Shown: positions 27,187 through 37,606, numbered from the stretch's first letter. The stretch is 64,000 nucleotides of DNA from an uncultured bacterium (GCA_963977015.1 CAXBMO010000001.1:544001-608000), one strand, 5' to 3'. The notes: a model not told the origin generated them from the sequence alone. Translations and numbers: made by a program.

Positions 27187-29127
27187 TTAGGCGAGGCGTT
27201 GGTCGATGTTGGTTTGGATCCAGGCCCACATGGCGTCGAGCGATTGGGAGGCGGATTTTTTGGCGGCTGGGAGGTCGGTGACGTCTTTCTGGTTGCCGAA
27301 GAGGTAGTATTTGATCTTGGGCTCGGTGCCGCTGGGGCGGACCGCGAATTTACGGCCGTCTTCCAACTCGACGATGACCATTTTCTCTGCGGGGATGGAG
27401 TCGCCTTCTTCGTCGACGTTGTCGCCACTGAAGAAGTTGCGGACCTGGGCGACTTTGCAGCCGTCGACTTCGGTGGGCGGGTTGTCGCGATAGGAGTTGG
27501 CGAGTTTTTGGATTTGGGCGGCTCCGTCCGCTCCTTCCATATAGATGGATTCGGCGCGTTCGAGATAGTATCCAAACTCCTGGTAAATCTGGTCGAGAAG
27601 TTCGACGAGGGTGATGCCCTTGGATTTGGCGTAGGCGGCGACTTCGGCGAACATGACGACGGCTCCATTGCCGTCTTTATCTCTCAATCCATCATCGGCG
27701 AGATAGCCGTAGCTTTCTTCTCCGCCAAAAACGAAGAATTGGGAGTGCTCGAGGCGAAGGTCGCGGGTGGTTTCCAGCGGGAGATCGCGATAATTTTTGC
27801 GGAGGTCCTCCGGGATTTGTTCCTCATACTTCCGCAGCTTCTCGCCAATATATTTGAAGCCGGTCAGCGTGTTGACGCAGTTGATGCCAAATCCGGCGGC
27901 GATGGCGTCCTGGAGAGGAGAGGTGACATAGGTCTTAACCCAGGTGGCGTGGCTTTTGTTCTGATCGTTGAGGATCCCCAAATCGAAAAACGTTTTGATG
28001 CGATAATATCCCATCAAGCAGCCAATCATATTACCGGTAAGAAGCTGAAGGTCACCGCTGGTGTTGCGAACGGCGACTCCCATGCGGTCGCAATCGGGAT
28101 CGGTTGCGAGGACGATGTCTCCACCATCGGCGTTTGCCTGCGCGATCCCCATGGCGAGGGCGGGGGCGTTTTCCGGGTTGGGAGAATCGACAGTGGGAAA
28201 GCGGCCGTCCTGCTCGTCCTGGGCCTTGACGGTGTCGCACTGGAAATTGAGGCGGCGCAGCATTGGCGGACTAATGACGCCACCCGTTCCGTGAAGATTG
28301 GTGAAGACGATTTTAAGATCGTTTTGCGAGGCGACGAGATCCGGCTGAAGCAGGAGCGATTCAAGCCGATCCATATAGATTTGATCATTGTCCTCTCCCA
28401 AGGTTGTGACGGTTCCCTGCTCGCTCTCGGGGAGCGCGTCATAGGTTTCGCTTGGGGTGTTGTTGAATTCTTCGATGATGCGGTTGGCGTGTGGCTGAAC
28501 GACCTGTGCGCCATCGTCGAAATAGACTTTGTATCCGTTGTCGTGCGGTGGGTTGTGACTGGCGGTTAAGACGATGCCGGCGCTGGCGTTGAGGTGCCTG
28601 ACGGCAAAGCTGAGCTGAGGGGTTGAGCGCGGCCCTGGAAAGAGATAGACGTCGCAACCGTTCTCTGCGGCGACCTTGGCGCAAAACTGGGCGAATTCGG
28701 GGCTGAAGTGCCGGGTGTCGTGAGCGATGGCGAGCGATGGCTTCCCGGCTTTGCCTTTTTCCTGAGCCCAATGCTTGATGTAGCGGACCAAGCCCTGAGT
28801 CGCGCGGCTGAGGTTGTAGTAGTTGAGGCAATTGGTGCCGACCGCCGGGTGTTCCGGGCGTTCGAGAGCGGTTGGAGTGCCCTTTTCGACGCTGGTGACG
28901 ACCCGCCCGATGGTTCGTGCCCGCATTCCGCCGGTGCCGAACGCCAGTTTCTTAAAAAATCGATCATTCAGCTCCGAAAACTGACCCTGATCGAGCAATT
29001 CCTTGATGGTGGAATCGTAAAGCTCGTTGGTGCCTGATTCGAGCAAACCAAGAATGTTATCCCGGCTTGATTCGAGCAAATCCTGGGAGGCTACGGCGGA
29101 GTTTAGGCGTTCTGTTAGGTCGTTCAC
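27187..29127 (-). CDS. pgm: Phosphoglucomutase/phosphomannomutase
   Basis: FGTGGMR, TASHNP, DPDCDR, GEESYG, RPSGTEPK. Confidence 0.93.
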   Translation of the reverse strand: MNDLTERLNSAVASQDLLESSRDNILGLLESGTNELYDSTIKELLDQGQFSELNDRFFKKLAFGTGGMRARTIGRVVTSVEKGTPTALERPEHPAVGTNCLNYYNLSRATQGLVRYIKHWAQEKGKAGKPSLAIAHDTRHFSPEFAQFCAKVAAENGCDVYLFPGPRSTPQLSFAVRHLNASAGIVLTASHNPPHDNGYKVYFDDGAQVVQPHANRIIEEFNNTPSETYDALPESEQGTVTTLGEDNDQIYMDRLESLLLQPDLVASQNDLKIVFTNLHGTGGVISPPMLRRLNFQCDTVKAQDEQDGRFPTVDSPNPENAPALAMGIAQANADGGDIVLATDPDCDRMGVAVRNTSGDLQLLTGNMIGCLMGYYRIKTFFDLGILNDQNKSHATWVKTYVTSPLQDAIAAGFGINCVNTLTGFKYIGEKLRKYEEQIPEDLRKNYRDLPLETTRDLRLEHSQFFVFGGEESYGYLADDGLRDKDGNGAVVMFAEVAAYAKSKGITLVELLDQIYQEFGYYLERAESIYMEGADGAAQIQKLANSYRDNPPTEVDGCKVAQVRNFFSGDNVDEEGDSIPAEKMVIVELEDGRKFAVRPSGTEPKIKYYLFGNQKDVTDLPAAKKSASQSLDAMWAWIQTNIDQRLA

Positions 29128-29158
29128 TCCATAAGTGTAGAGACGCTTTGTTTGAAAT

Positions 29159-30220
29159 TCAATCGTCCATTTTCGTCACCCAAGAGAGCTTTTCGACATT
29201 GGCCAAATCCTCGATCGCTTTTCGAGTCGCAATCACGGATTGAGTGAGCCTAGGCAGGTCAAGTGTCTCCAGAGTATCCGTGCTCTTATGATAGTTGGGA
29301 TTCCGGAACGGCGCGGTGTCGGTGATCATGATGGCAGGGTAACCAAATTTCCAAAAGGCCCAGTGGTCCGACCAACCGACGCCTTCGATCATTTCGGGAA
29401 AAGCGCCCTTTTCGGTGGGGATGGTTGCCGCGCTGACGAAACTGTTGTGACAGAAGTCGACGAGTTCGCGACTTTTCAGGTTGCCGACGATCCCGATGAA
29501 GTTGCCGACCTTGGGATATTGATCCGAGATCGCCTGCGGGTATTTCTGCGAATCTGGCGCGTCAGAAAAGTAGCCCATTGATTCGAGGGACAACATTGCA
29601 ACGATCAAATCGCCGTCATTTTTGCAGCGTTCGGCATAGCGATAACTGCCCATGTCGTTTGTCTCGAAAAAGGGAGGCTCTTCATTCACAAAGGCCACAA
29701 AACGAAGGGTTCGTGCCTGCTGCTTGCCGCTGAAGGATTGGGCGAGCGCGAGCATTGCGGCGACTCCGCTGGCGTTGTCATCAGCACCGGGCGTTCCCTT
29801 GACGGTATCGTAGTGGGCACCAATGACGACGATCTGTTCCGGCCATTTGGTCCCCGGAATTTCGACCTCGACGTTGGTAAAGGTCTGCCCTTCCACTTCA
29901 AAGTTCTGTTCTTTGACCTGAAAGCCGAAGTTGCTGATTCCAAGCGTGGATTCGAGGTAAAACTTCGTGGCCTCAAGCATCTGAGGCTTTTCATAATGGC
30001 GTTCGCCGATGCGGACGGTGAGCGTTTCTAGATAGTCCTGCAAATCGGCTTCGCGGATTCCCGAGACGCTGACCATTGGGCCTCGATTTGCGGTGGATGC
30101 TTCAAGTTCCTTCGCCTGAGGCTTGAAAATCGTGGTGTAGGTGAGGCTGGCAATTCCGATGACGGCCAGTCCCATGGGAAGAGCAATCAAAAGGCCACGG
30201 ATAAGTTTTCCGGAATTCAT
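29159..30220 (-). CDS. Membrane-anchored M28 family metallopeptidase
   Basis: N-terminal TM helix; GAHYD, GADDNASG, NEEP, SDH, YH..TD. Confidence 0.92.
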   Translation of the reverse strand: MNSGKLIRGLLIALPMGLAVIGIASLTYTTIFKPQAKELEASTANRGPMVSVSGIREADLQDYLETLTVRIGERHYEKPQMLEATKFYLESTLGISNFGFQVKEQNFEVEGQTFTNVEVEIPGTKWPEQIVVIGAHYDTVKGTPGADDNASGVAAMLALAQSFSGKQQARTLRFVAFVNEEPPFFETNDMGSYRYAERCKNDGDLIVAMLSLESMGYFSDAPDSQKYPQAISDQYPKVGNFIGIVGNLKSRELVDFCHNSFVSAATIPTEKGAFPEMIEGVGWSDHWAFWKFGYPAIMITDTAPFRNPNYHKSTDTLETLDLPRLTQSVIATRKAIEDLANVEKLSWVTKMDD

Positions 30221-30260
30221 GCTTGTTGCTCCTGTTACGTTTGAGCGTCAGTTCCTGCAA

Positions 30261-32333
30261 CTAGGATTGCCAAACATAAGCTGCGGCCGTGGGGGAAACA
30301 TGCACGCGAACCTCAGCGAGATAGTCCTGGCAAATCTCGCGCACGTCATCAATTCCAGGAGGTTCCGGCATGGATTCTTCCAGGGCGTTGAGGAGTGCCT
30401 CTTCGCCAAGAAAGCGCTGCTGACGGATCATTTCGCGAACGGCTTCAACCAGCGAGGGATCGGGCGTGTGGGGATCCGGTTGAGTGGCAACGTTGGAGAG
30501 GGCGGGGGAGAGCAGTTCCGCCCACCAATCCCGAAGTTCGTTTGCGGCAAACTGGAGAATCGTTTTGGGCGTTGCGTCGATGTCGCCCTGGCAGCTGCGG
30601 CTGTAAAGATCCCAAAGCGCGTGCAGGGTGGCGTGCCGCTCTTCGCTGAGTTGATGAAAAAACAAGCCTTCATCCTGGATGTCTTCGATGAACGGAGCCG
30701 CTGCCCAATTGGAATGCGGAATGACCGGCTGATTGTCCAAGCGGATCAGGATGACTCTGCATTTTCCGTCGTGGGCCCGGATTTGGCGCTGGGCTTCGCG
30801 GGCGATGGCTTCCCAGGTTCGGTGATTGTCGCGGTCCTCAAATCCGAAGAGGAGTTTGAGGCCGTCCTCACTCGGCCAGGCAATCTGTAAATAGTCGCGA
30901 TGAGAGCTGAAAACCTCGGCTTTTCGATCCGACTCAGCCGCGTTGAAGACGTCGCGCAAGGCCCAGCGATAAAGGTCGGCTCGGTACTGGGTCAGACGGG
31001 CTCGCTGGCCGGAAAGCGCCAGTTTCTCCATCTTGAAGAGTTCGTCCAGGTCCGGCGAGGAAACGGATTCCTCGATCAGATCGGAAAATCGCATCGAAGC
31101 GGCTTCGAGAAAGCGGCGGACCGAACTTCCACCGGCGCGAACGGCCGTTTCCAACCAGGAATCGTCGATGAAACGCTCGATCTCCGAGGGGGCAACGTCG
31201 CAGGCGGCGAGTCGGCGGCGCGCGAGAATCTCGGCTTGGCGGCGATCGATTTCTTCGAGGTAAACCGGCATTCCGAGTCGTTCCTGATGAGCGTTGTCGA
31301 TGTAGGGCTCCAGGTCTTTTTGCCACTTGTCCTGGTTTGCCGTGACAATCGTCATCTGGTTGGGAGCCTCGTGAAAGAGATCGGCCATCAGGTTGCCGAA
31401 GGCGTTGGCCAGCTCGGGTTTTTGGCCGTAGGTCTCGGTTTGGTCGAAGGCGATCACGAAGGGGCGGAAGAGACCGGCGAGGGAGCACAAGTCGAGAACG
31501 CGGGCCCGGGCTTCTTCGTTGCGCCGGGATCGATCGGCGTCGTCATCGAGTGCGTCGGCGGGACTGAGCCCCAAATCCGCGATGTCACTGCGATGGACCT
31601 TGGCTTCCATCCATTCGAGACAGGCACCGCGCCGAAGCGTGTTTTCGCGATCGATGGCGTAGAAAAAGAGCACTTTGAGCCAGGCGGCGGCTGAACTTCC
31701 CGGCTGGAGCTCCGAATTCAAACTTGGAAGCAAGGCGCCAGCTTCGGCGAGTTCTCGACCGGTCAGGCCGCGCACCCACGCTGCTGCGTGGTTTTCAGGA
31801 TCGGCGAGATCCCAGGTATCGAGCGGACGGCCGCGAATCGCTTCGAGAATCGCGGGATTTTTCGGAGCGATCATCGGTTTGGTTCCGGCGAGAGCTGCGA
31901 AAGCCTGCCCCAGAATACCCTGGGCAAAGGCGTCGAGCTGGGAGGGCTCACCGGGCAGGCATTGCGCGGCGTTTCCATTTTCCGGCAGCGACATTTCCTG
32001 AATGATGCGGGAAAGCACCGAAGACCACGAGTTGGATGGATCGGTGAACGGGGTGACGTAGATTCGCGTGGCCTGACGCTCCAAAACCTGGAAAAGGCGG
32101 CCCAAAAGGTGGGATTTGCCGTAGCCGGGATCGGGAGACGCGATGAATTGAATTTGCGGAGAGGTGGGGCGCGACCGTGGCACCGCGCCTTCCGTCAAAA
32201 CGGCAAATTCGCGTTGGAGTCCCCGGATGACTCGCCCATTCAACTCGTCGATCGTGATTTCGATCTTCCGTGGTCGATCAACGACGCGCCGGGCAAATGG
32301 GTTAAATAGCAGGTCCTTAAGTTTTGACGGCAT
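30261..32333 (-). CDS. Uncharacterised P-loop (AAA+-like) ATPase
   Basis: Walker A DPGYGKS, Walker B FVIAFDQ.E, putative Arg finger HQERL; about 690 aa. Confidence 0.8.
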   Translation of the reverse strand: MPSKLKDLLFNPFARRVVDRPRKIEITIDELNGRVIRGLQREFAVLTEGAVPRSRPTSPQIQFIASPDPGYGKSHLLGRLFQVLERQATRIYVTPFTDPSNSWSSVLSRIIQEMSLPENGNAAQCLPGEPSQLDAFAQGILGQAFAALAGTKPMIAPKNPAILEAIRGRPLDTWDLADPENHAAAWVRGLTGRELAEAGALLPSLNSELQPGSSAAAWLKVLFFYAIDRENTLRRGACLEWMEAKVHRSDIADLGLSPADALDDDADRSRRNEEARARVLDLCSLAGLFRPFVIAFDQTETYGQKPELANAFGNLMADLFHEAPNQMTIVTANQDKWQKDLEPYIDNAHQERLGMPVYLEEIDRRQAEILARRRLAACDVAPSEIERFIDDSWLETAVRAGGSSVRRFLEAASMRFSDLIEESVSSPDLDELFKMEKLALSGQRARLTQYRADLYRWALRDVFNAAESDRKAEVFSSHRDYLQIAWPSEDGLKLLFGFEDRDNHRTWEAIAREAQRQIRAHDGKCRVILIRLDNQPVIPHSNWAAAPFIEDIQDEGLFFHQLSEERHATLHALWDLYSRSCQGDIDATPKTILQFAANELRDWWAELLSPALSNVATQPDPHTPDPSLVEAVREMIRQQRFLGEEALLNALEESMPEPPGIDDVREICQDYLAEVRVHVSPTAAAYVWQS

Positions 32334-32409
32334 GGGCAACGATCGCGCAGGGCGGAATTCCAGACGCAACCTCCGTCATTCCGCAATCATCCATAAAGTG
32401 GTGGCTTTG

Positions 32410-32949
32410 TTATGGTAGCCTGACTTTGATAAACCGTCTGCCGCCAGTTTCAAGTGCCGCTTGCTTTTCTTCTTCCGTCGCACTGGACCAATCGCCCGTG
32501 CTGAGGACGGCTTGCCCCCGTGATTCCTGCTCCACCAAATAGTCGTGAAGGTCTTCGGTCCGGCACTTGCTTCGCTTGACGAGGGCCGAGATAAATACGT
32601 AGGGACTGCGCGTCTCGCGAGCCAATTTCTTGTAGTCTTCCCGAGCCTGACCGGGGTTGAAGTTGGAAGCAGATGCGGGCTCCAAACCGAATTTCCGGTT
32701 CGCGCACTCCGGATGCCAGACGCGGACGGCCTGAGATTTCCCGGTTGGCGGTTCGACGACGACTTTGCCGCTTTTCCAGAGTTGGTGAACCAGATCCCGA
32801 ACCTCGCCGGCGGTGCATTCCGTCTGCTTTCGCGACCCAGCCGCTTTCCGCCAGGCCATTCCGCACTTTTTCCGAATTTCTCCCACGGTAAGGCCGGCTT
32901 TGGACCCCTTGGTCCGCAGCGTGTCGAGAAGATGCTCTTCCAGATTCAT
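32410..32949 (-). CDS. Basic, putative winged-helix DNA-binding protein, partner of the ATPase
   Basis: Lys/Arg-rich, two wHTH-like segments (..LVHQLWKSGKVVV.. and ..LHDYLVEQESRGQAVL..); directly upstream of and co-oriented with the ATPase. Confidence 0.6.
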   Translation of the reverse strand: MNLEEHLLDTLRTKGSKAGLTVGEIRKKCGMAWRKAAGSRKQTECTAGEVRDLVHQLWKSGKVVVEPPTGKSQAVRVWHPECANRKFGLEPASASNFNPGQAREDYKKLARETRSPYVFISALVKRSKCRTEDLHDYLVEQESRGQAVLSTGDWSSATEEEKQAALETGGRRFIKVRLP

Positions 32950-33001
32950 CCGGCCAAGAAAGCCGCGGGATCGACCAAATTGCAACTAGTGCGTCGTCTT
33001 C

Positions 33002-34522
33002 TCAAGCCGCTGCTGGCATCGTGTTTGGATCGGAACCGATCTTGCTGGCCGAAACGAAGCGCTCTTTGGCATATCGGCGCAATCGACTGACTTCCTCCGC
33101 GCGGGAAATGGAAAGGGGGACTGTTTCGTAGATTTCGCGAACGAGCAGCTCCTGGTGGAGCGGCACCCGCTTTTCGAGTGCGCGATAGAGGGAGGCGATG
33201 ACGGCTTGCTCGATTTCCGCACCGCTGAATCCTTCCGTTAATTGGGACAATTGCCCCAGATCGAATTGCCCGGGCGATTGTTTGCGCAATCGAAGGTGGA
33301 TATCCCAAATGGAAAGCCGCTCGGACGGAGTCGGCAAATCGACAAAGAAGATTTCGTCGAATCGTCCCTTTCGGATCATCTCGGGAGGGAGTCCCTGGAG
33401 GTTGTTGGCCGTGGCGACCAAAAAGACGCTTTCCTTCTTTTCCTGCATCCAGGTCAGGAAACTGGCGAGCAGGCGTTGGGAGGTTCCACCGTCCGTGCTG
33501 ACGTCTCCGCCCGACGCGAAGGCTTTCTCGATTTCATCGATCCAAAGCACACAGGGAGCCATGGATTCCGCCATCTGTGCCGCTTTGCGGAAGTTGGCCT
33601 CGGATTGGCCGATGTATTTGTCGAAGAGTTGCCCCGCATCCAGTTTCAACAGGGGAATCTGCCATTGGCGGGCAATGACTTTGGCGGCGAGCGACTTCCC
33701 ACACCCCTGAACGCCGGTGAGAAGGACACCGCGCGGTGGCGTGAGATTCCATTCCCGCGCTTGGTCGGAAAACCCGAGAGCGGCGCGATTTAGCCAGGAT
33801 TGGAGATTCTCGAATCCACCGAGCTGAAAGGCATTTTCCTGAGGAGGATAGTATTCGAGAAGGCCACCATCCCGAATGGTGGCCGCCTTCATTTCCTGCA
33901 GATTCACGATGTCTGCAGCATCGAGTCGGCGGTCTTCGAAAATCGCCCGCATCAGGCATTGCCGGGCCTGATTTCGCGTCATCCCGGTCAAGGAGCGGAT
34001 CAGGCTTTGGCGATCCGAATCCGAAACTGCCAGATCAATTTGCTGGCGCAGCGAGGCCGATTTCACCGTGTGGTCGAAAAGTTGTCCAATCTCCTCTTCG
34101 TCGGGGAGTTGCAGGGTGTAGGACACGGCTTCGTGCTCCAATTCGTGAGGAAGGTCGATCTTGGAACCTGTCATTACGAGGCAAGAGCGAGAAAAGCGAA
34201 ATTGATCGCAGAGGTCCCGGATGGTTCGCAAAAGAACGGGATTCTCAACGTGCGCACCGATGTCCTTGAACAGGAAGGCTCCTTCGACATGCAGATCCTT
34301 CACATGCTGGATCGCGTTCACCGGATCCCCTGACTGATGGTTCAACGGTCGGTTGTCTCCACTTCGACAAAGCCCGGATGTAACCGTCCACTCAAACATT
34401 TCCATTCCCAGTTGCTCGCTGGCCTCGCGAACGAGTTTGGCGGCTTGTTCTTCCTCAATCGTTTCCATCACAATGATGGGATGATGAGAAAGAATGAGGG
34501 TTTTGATGTCATGGAGGCTCAT
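33002..34522 (-). CDS. Ycf46-like AAA+ ATPase
   Basis: Degenerate N-terminal AAA domain; GVQGCGKS, LWIDEIEK, ATAN, RKGRFDEIFFVDLP. Confidence 0.9.
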   Translation of the reverse strand: MSLHDIKTLILSHHPIIVMETIEEEQAAKLVREASEQLGMEMFEWTVTSGLCRSGDNRPLNHQSGDPVNAIQHVKDLHVEGAFLFKDIGAHVENPVLLRTIRDLCDQFRFSRSCLVMTGSKIDLPHELEHEAVSYTLQLPDEEEIGQLFDHTVKSASLRQQIDLAVSDSDRQSLIRSLTGMTRNQARQCLMRAIFEDRRLDAADIVNLQEMKAATIRDGGLLEYYPPQENAFQLGGFENLQSWLNRAALGFSDQAREWNLTPPRGVLLTGVQGCGKSLAAKVIARQWQIPLLKLDAGQLFDKYIGQSEANFRKAAQMAESMAPCVLWIDEIEKAFASGGDVSTDGGTSQRLLASFLTWMQEKKESVFLVATANNLQGLPPEMIRKGRFDEIFFVDLPTPSERLSIWDIHLRLRKQSPGQFDLGQLSQLTEGFSGAEIEQAVIASLYRALEKRVPLHQELLVREIYETVPLSISRAEEVSRLRRYAKERFVSASKIGSDPNTMPAAA

Positions 34523-34677
34523 CGGGGCATTTTGTTAGAATAAGTTAAAATTATGTATTACCAAAATTAAGCAACTGCGAAATGCGCTTTATCCATTCCT
34601 TCAGATCGTTCCAGAATGACAATTTGTTGGCTTAGTTGGCCTCGTTGTGGCATCAAATAGCACAAGCGCCTTGTCCG

Positions 34678-35661
34678 ATGATCGAACTTAAACATGACCG
34701 GCTGCATCTCTCCTTTCCCCAGGTTCATGAGGAGGCGTTTTGTGCCATTGATCTCCTTCGCACCCTGCGCTTGCCGGAAGATGAGCAACAACATCCTCTC
34801 CCTCCAGACTTGGGACGATTTCCGCTGAAACGGGTGGATGATCTCAAATCGAGCGTTCCCCCAACTTGGCTCGAACGCGGCGGAGTGCTGGTTCCCTTGT
34901 ATCAGGCGGAGGCGCTTTGGATTCGATTTGAAGGCAATTACCCGTTTGCCGTGAAACTCGGGACGCAGGGAATCAATGCGCTGAATGGCGAATTGTGGAG
35001 CGATGGTCTGGATGCGAAAAATCAAGACTACGTGGTAACAACCAGCCAGCCTTGGGTTGACGGTTACCGCTTGGATGGAGAGGCGTTGAGTCAGTTTACG
35101 GCACTGCCGTTGGAGTCCGACCACGCGGCAAACGTGCAGTTGAGCGGGCATTCAGACATTGGAGCCTTGCGTTTGCTCGCCTACCCGCTTTCCGCATCAC
35201 ATTACGGAAAAGGGGGCGGGCAAGTTGGTGCAGGAAGTAAGAATTTGGATCCGGTGTCGCCGGATGAGGCGGAACCCGGCGTTGAGCCGGGCGGCAAGGT
35301 GCGGCTTCAGGTGTATTCCGATCCGTGGGGGCACGATGCCTGGGACACCGATCATTCGGCGAAATGCTATGTTCGGATCTGCAATTCGGTGATCTGGCGC
35401 GCGGTGGCCGGGAAGAGCCCTCCGCAAGTTCCCCTGACCGAGCAGGACTACGAGGCGTATCAATACCCTTGGATTGATTCTTACGAAGAGCCTGAGCAGA
35501 GTGACGTTCAGATCGAGCGGATGAAAAAGACGATCGCGATTAGTTCTGGATCTGACGCAGAGTCGGACGAGGAACCGAAAGCAAAATTGGATCAACACAA
35601 CGCGATCATCTTGCCAGAGCCGCGTTCCCTCCGTTATCGGGTGAAGGAAGATCCAAGCTAG
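34678..35661 (+). CDS. Conserved hypothetical protein
   Basis: Long ORF with plausible codon usage; motifs RTLRLPED..HPLPPDLGRFPL, PLYQAEALWI and QDYVV..QPWVDG look like a conserved family. Confidence 0.7.
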   Translation: MIELKHDRLHLSFPQVHEEAFCAIDLLRTLRLPEDEQQHPLPPDLGRFPLKRVDDLKSSVPPTWLERGGVLVPLYQAEALWIRFEGNYPFAVKLGTQGINALNGELWSDGLDAKNQDYVVTTSQPWVDGYRLDGEALSQFTALPLESDHAANVQLSGHSDIGALRLLAYPLSASHYGKGGGQVGAGSKNLDPVSPDEAEPGVEPGGKVRLQVYSDPWGHDAWDTDHSAKCYVRICNSVIWRAVAGKSPPQVPLTEQDYEAYQYPWIDSYEEPEQSDVQIERMKKTIAISSGSDAESDEEPKAKLDQHNAIILPEPRSLRYRVKEDPS

Positions 35662-35664
35662 AAG

Positions 35665-37536
35665 CTAGGCCCGCTTGCGCAAAAAGGTCGGGATGTCCAA
35701 ATCCTGCCCGTTGACGATCGTAGGCTGAGCCTTGACGAAACGCCCGCGAACCCGGGGATCGAGATTGACGGGAGTTTGCGGGTTCCGGGCAGCTGCGGGA
35801 GCTGTTTCCGAACTCGAACGGCCCGCGATGGATGGAGCCGGCTGTTCCAACGTAATGGTTGGAGTTGCCGCTGCGGAGCGACCATCGCCGACTTCGGGAT
35901 CGCCCTCATTGAAATCAATCCGGACCTTGGGCTTGGCCGCCTGTTGAGGAATGGCGGATTCAATCCCCTGATTCTCTGCGATCTTGAAGATGCTTGGCGT
36001 TTTCTTGCCCGCGGGAGCCGCTGCTGGAGGATTGATGGCTGCTGGCGCCTTTGGCGGAATCGCAGCAGGAGCAAACTCTCCTCCCTGACGTTGAATTGCC
36101 GGAATGCTGTCGGCATCATCTTGAAGATATGCCGGATTGATGAGCTGACGTGCGGGTTCTGCAGGGGGAGCCGGTGCCGGTGGGACTGGGGCCTTTTCCA
36201 CGATGGAGCCCGTCTTGGCTTCGGCAGGCGTTTGAACGGGGAGGGTTGGCTGAGTCTGAACCTTGGGTGAAATCGGGTGAACCTTGGTGAATTTTGGAAC
36301 CTTCCGTGGAGCGACCTGAGGAGGTGCCGATTGCAATCCGACTTTCGGGGCCGGGATAGGCTGAATCTGAGCCGCTGGCTTTTGAATCTGAGGCGCCGGA
36401 GCCGGTTCTATTTTCGGTTGAAGGGGAGCCTGGACCGCCGCGGTGTCAGGTTGCGTCAGCAGGCGCGATGGCGGATCCAATGGGCGAATCTGAGGTGACA
36501 CAACCGGAGCGTTCTGATTGGCTGTAGCCAGTGCCTCCTCGGTGGATGCCGATTTATCTTCACGCTCTACGGAGCTGATGATCGAAACACACAGGTCGTT
36601 GCCCAAATCCTGAGACGTTGAAACGCCGAACAGCAGCTTGGTTTGGTCGTCCAACTGCTCGTTGATCTGCTTCATCACGGTCTCGACTTCAGACAGCGTG
36701 ACGGATTCTCCTCCGGAGATTTGCACGAGGACGCTTGAAGCGTTGGCGAGCAATTCTCCGCGCTCGAGAAGCGGGTTGGCCAGGGCTTCCTGAAGCGCGG
36801 CGTTTGCCCGGTCTGAGCCCTCGGCACGGCCAAAGCCAAAGAGGACGCGTGCATCCCGGCCATTGAGAACGGCCAGAACGTCCGCCATTCCAACGCGGAT
36901 GATTCCGGGCTTCTCCACCAACGACGTGATTGCGCGGATGGACTGGCAAATGGTCTTGTCGGAAGCGGAAAAGGCCTTGTCCACGCCGTCGGTCGGAACG
37001 ATCAAATCGCCCATCCGGTCGTTTTCAAAGGTGAGGAGGGCGCCGGTATACGTCTTGAGTTCCTCCAGCGCGGCCTGGGCCTGCTGCAGCCGGCGACGTC
37101 CCTCGAAGTGGAATGGAATCGTGACTGAGGCGACGACAAATGCGCCTTCTTCTTTCGCGATCCGGGCAATGACCGGAGTGGCGCCAGATCCGGTTCCGCC
37201 GCCGAGACCAGCGCAGAGGAAAATCATTCTGGTGCCTTTAACCGCAGCGCGAATTTCTGCTTCCGCTTCCAAGGCGGCGTCGCGTCCCATGTCGGGATCG
37301 CCTCCACAGCCCAATCCGTGGGTTAAGTTTTTCCCCAATTGAATCTTCGCTCCCGCTTTCGAGCCGTTCAGCGCCCGAACATCCGTGTTGAGGATGACCA
37401 GTCGCTCATTCTCGACACCTTCCGAGGCAATTCGGTCCAGAATATTGGATCCAGCTCCGCCAATTCCCAGAACCTTGATCGGAAAGTTCTGGCCCGCTGT
37501 CGAATCGGTATTTTTGTCTCGATGAAACTCAATCAT
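35665..37536 (-). CDS. ftsZ: Cell division protein FtsZ with very long Pro/Ala-rich linker
   Basis: GIGGAGSN, tubulin signature GGGTGSG, PFHFEG, C-terminal DLDIPTFLRK. Confidence 0.97.
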   Translation of the reverse strand: MIEFHRDKNTDSTAGQNFPIKVLGIGGAGSNILDRIASEGVENERLVILNTDVRALNGSKAGAKIQLGKNLTHGLGCGGDPDMGRDAALEAEAEIRAAVKGTRMIFLCAGLGGGTGSGATPVIARIAKEEGAFVVASVTIPFHFEGRRRLQQAQAALEELKTYTGALLTFENDRMGDLIVPTDGVDKAFSASDKTICQSIRAITSLVEKPGIIRVGMADVLAVLNGRDARVLFGFGRAEGSDRANAALQEALANPLLERGELLANASSVLVQISGGESVTLSEVETVMKQINEQLDDQTKLLFGVSTSQDLGNDLCVSIISSVEREDKSASTEEALATANQNAPVVSPQIRPLDPPSRLLTQPDTAAVQAPLQPKIEPAPAPQIQKPAAQIQPIPAPKVGLQSAPPQVAPRKVPKFTKVHPISPKVQTQPTLPVQTPAEAKTGSIVEKAPVPPAPAPPAEPARQLINPAYLQDDADSIPAIQRQGGEFAPAAIPPKAPAAINPPAAAPAGKKTPSIFKIAENQGIESAIPQQAAKPKVRIDFNEGDPEVGDGRSAAATPTITLEQPAPSIAGRSSSETAPAAARNPQTPVNLDPRVRGRFVKAQPTIVNGQDLDIPTFLRKRA

Positions 37537-37606
37537 GGTCGCTGTTTGTGGCTATACGGGAATTGGACGAGAAGCTTCTAGGTTTTCTTCTTTGCTTTTC
37601 TGGTTT

